Source: Aplysia californica (lineage: Eukaryota). From it: a stretch of DNA of 64,000 bases. The notes beneath the pieces were generated by a model. That model did no database searches and was not told the DNA's origin. It saw only the letters and a program-made list of their open reading frames with translations. The position numbers and the translations under genes were made by a program. Below are positions 62,336-64,000 of this stretch, in pieces (position 1 is the first letter of the stretch; each line of letters begins with the position of its first letter). The stretch lies in contig NW_004797278.1 of the NCBI RefSeq assembly GCF_000002075.1, positions 2,094,009 to 2,158,008 of the forward strand, in the 5' to 3' direction.

Positions 62336-63508
62336 CTGAGAGGTACAGAAGAGGAGAAGACAATCCTATTAGTCGGCCAGTCAATCAGAACACTTTTCAA
62401 ATCCCTTCCATGCTGTGGATCAAGCCAATATCACCTCAACAGGACACCAGGCCTGCTATATTGTCCTGTAACTTTGCAGTTTGATAACAAATCAATTCAA
62501 TGCATTTATAGACACTTGAGAAAGACATACCAGGGAAGGAGATTTGAATCAATGCATCATTCTGTGAATGGCAGCACCACTTTCCAAACTCCCAACACGC
62601 ACCCTCAATCATATTGCTTTCTTTGTTCCCCAGACACATCTTTTGTTCGGAAGCCCACTATTAAACCGCCCGTTAGTATAAAGGGAGGCGACAAACTATC
62701 ACAAAAATGAAAACAACTCCTGGTCTTGGAGTTCCCAATCCACATTGATTCAAAACTGCTTTCCCAACTTGAGTGTTGTGACATTTTATCAGTTGAGCAA
62801 AGAGAGATATCTTCCCAGACTGGAATTTTCAAATTTAACGATGATAATGTTGGCCTATAGAGCTGATGATGATCATGACCGCAGAAGTAGATGGTGCTGC
62901 AGCTGCATGGCTCCCAGAGGTAGTTGAGGAAACAGATCCACGATTGCAGATTCCCTGGTTGGAGCAAAGGCAGATTTAAGTGTGTTTTTCTCTCCTTTTC
63001 TTCCAAAAATCTGCTGGATTTAGCTGCTCTTACAATCTTAATACTCTGAACAAGGCTGTTGTTTGCAATTCTTTCAAAGTTATTTTAGTCAGAGGACAAA
63101 GACAAGAAAATTGAAAGGCAGATGGACAAATTGTATTCCCCGATGCAGAAGAGGGTCTTGCCATCAAATCAATATGATTGAAACAACAACAAAAGTTTTT
63201 CATTGGGATGTGAACAGCGACTAGCTAGACACACCTCATCTTGTGCATGTAAAGTTGTGTACTGTGGGATTGCAAGATAACAATATGTTGCCAGTCAATG
63301 GATGACAACAAGAACAGAGAAAAACGAACAACCATACAGAACAACCACCTACCAACTGCTTTATTTTTTGGTTGTATCTGTCATCTGTACACTAACTAGC
63401 AGCTAAGTCCGAAGACTGATGCTGTTCTCTGGTTCTACAAACTAATGAATGATTTTTAAACAAATTTCCTTTTGCACTATGTTTAAAATGATTCTTTATC
63501 TTGTTTAA

Positions 63509-63746
63509 CCCTATCCGTACGTTGTGTTTTACTATCGTATCCATACGACGTGGGGAACTCTGTGCCACTTTCCAAAGAGGAAATTTACTCGTTAATCCGA
63601 TCCGAACGCTTTGCATAGCAGTCTGTCAAAATGATTTTTTGAGAAATACTGAAAGTTTCAAAGAGATCTTTGTACTAGAAGTATTCTAAAATGTGAAGAA
63701 ATGCAACCCCGGGGGTACAAAATGACCCCAGGGCGTACGGATAGGG
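63509..63746. mobile_element. piggyBac-type MITE
   Basis: Perfect 13-bp TIR CCCTATCCGTACG, with TTAA at 63505-63508 and 63747-63750. Confidence 0.9.
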
Positions 63747-64000
63747 TTAAGAAAAACAGCAAAAGTCAAGACTTGCTTCGAGGATTTCATGAATGAAAGG
63801 CTTTAAATTGCCCAGTTATCATATTGTTTTTCTTTATGCTGTGAAAATTTTATGAAGATTGGAAGAATAATGGTGGAGTTATTTTTAAAAAAAGTATATA
63901 GAAAAACCACGCTTCGAGAAAATGGACGATAAAGAAAAATAAAAGATATACTTTATGAGGAAATGGTGGTGACAAATATGCCCGGTATGGGAAGAAATAA

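Noticed and set aside
62605-63006. 133-aa minus-strand ORF upstream of the DH exon
   Set aside because: TTG start, no SH3 or other intersectin similarity, and it ends in a stop before any compatible donor I could see.

Overview
Scaffold from an intron-rich invertebrate animal (probably a mollusc or other lophotrochozoan; inference) with five N gaps. Most ORF-track entries are spurious. I spliced three genes by hand, with consistent exon phases. (1) Cytosol leucine aminopeptidase LAP3 (+): 12 visible exons at 120-12160, 5' end outside the window, at least one exon missing and probably in the 578-951 gap, last intron GC-AG. (2) A complete 10-exon, 286-aa glucose-6-phosphate 1-epimerase (-, 34212-18670) whose introns are packed with nested transposons. 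(3) The DH-PH-C2 end of a long-form intersectin (-, 62335-46950), possibly with a ~10 kb 3' UTR. The most notable observation is a pair of homologous phase 1-1 exons in intersectin (52048-52125 and 50399-50473). Both encode the first beta-strand and Ca2+-binding loop 1 of the C2 domain, only one supplies the canonical first Ca2+-ligand Asp, and UGCAUG (Rbfox) motifs flank it. This suggests a mutually exclusive splicing switch that tunes C2 calcium sensing. Also present: RTE and RNase H-bearing LINE fragments, hAT-, P-, Tc1/mariner-, piggyBac- and Sola-like non-autonomous elements with visible TIRs/TSDs, tRNA-derived SINEs, and an RTE-5'UTR-like segment with a partial HDV-ribozyme-like layout.
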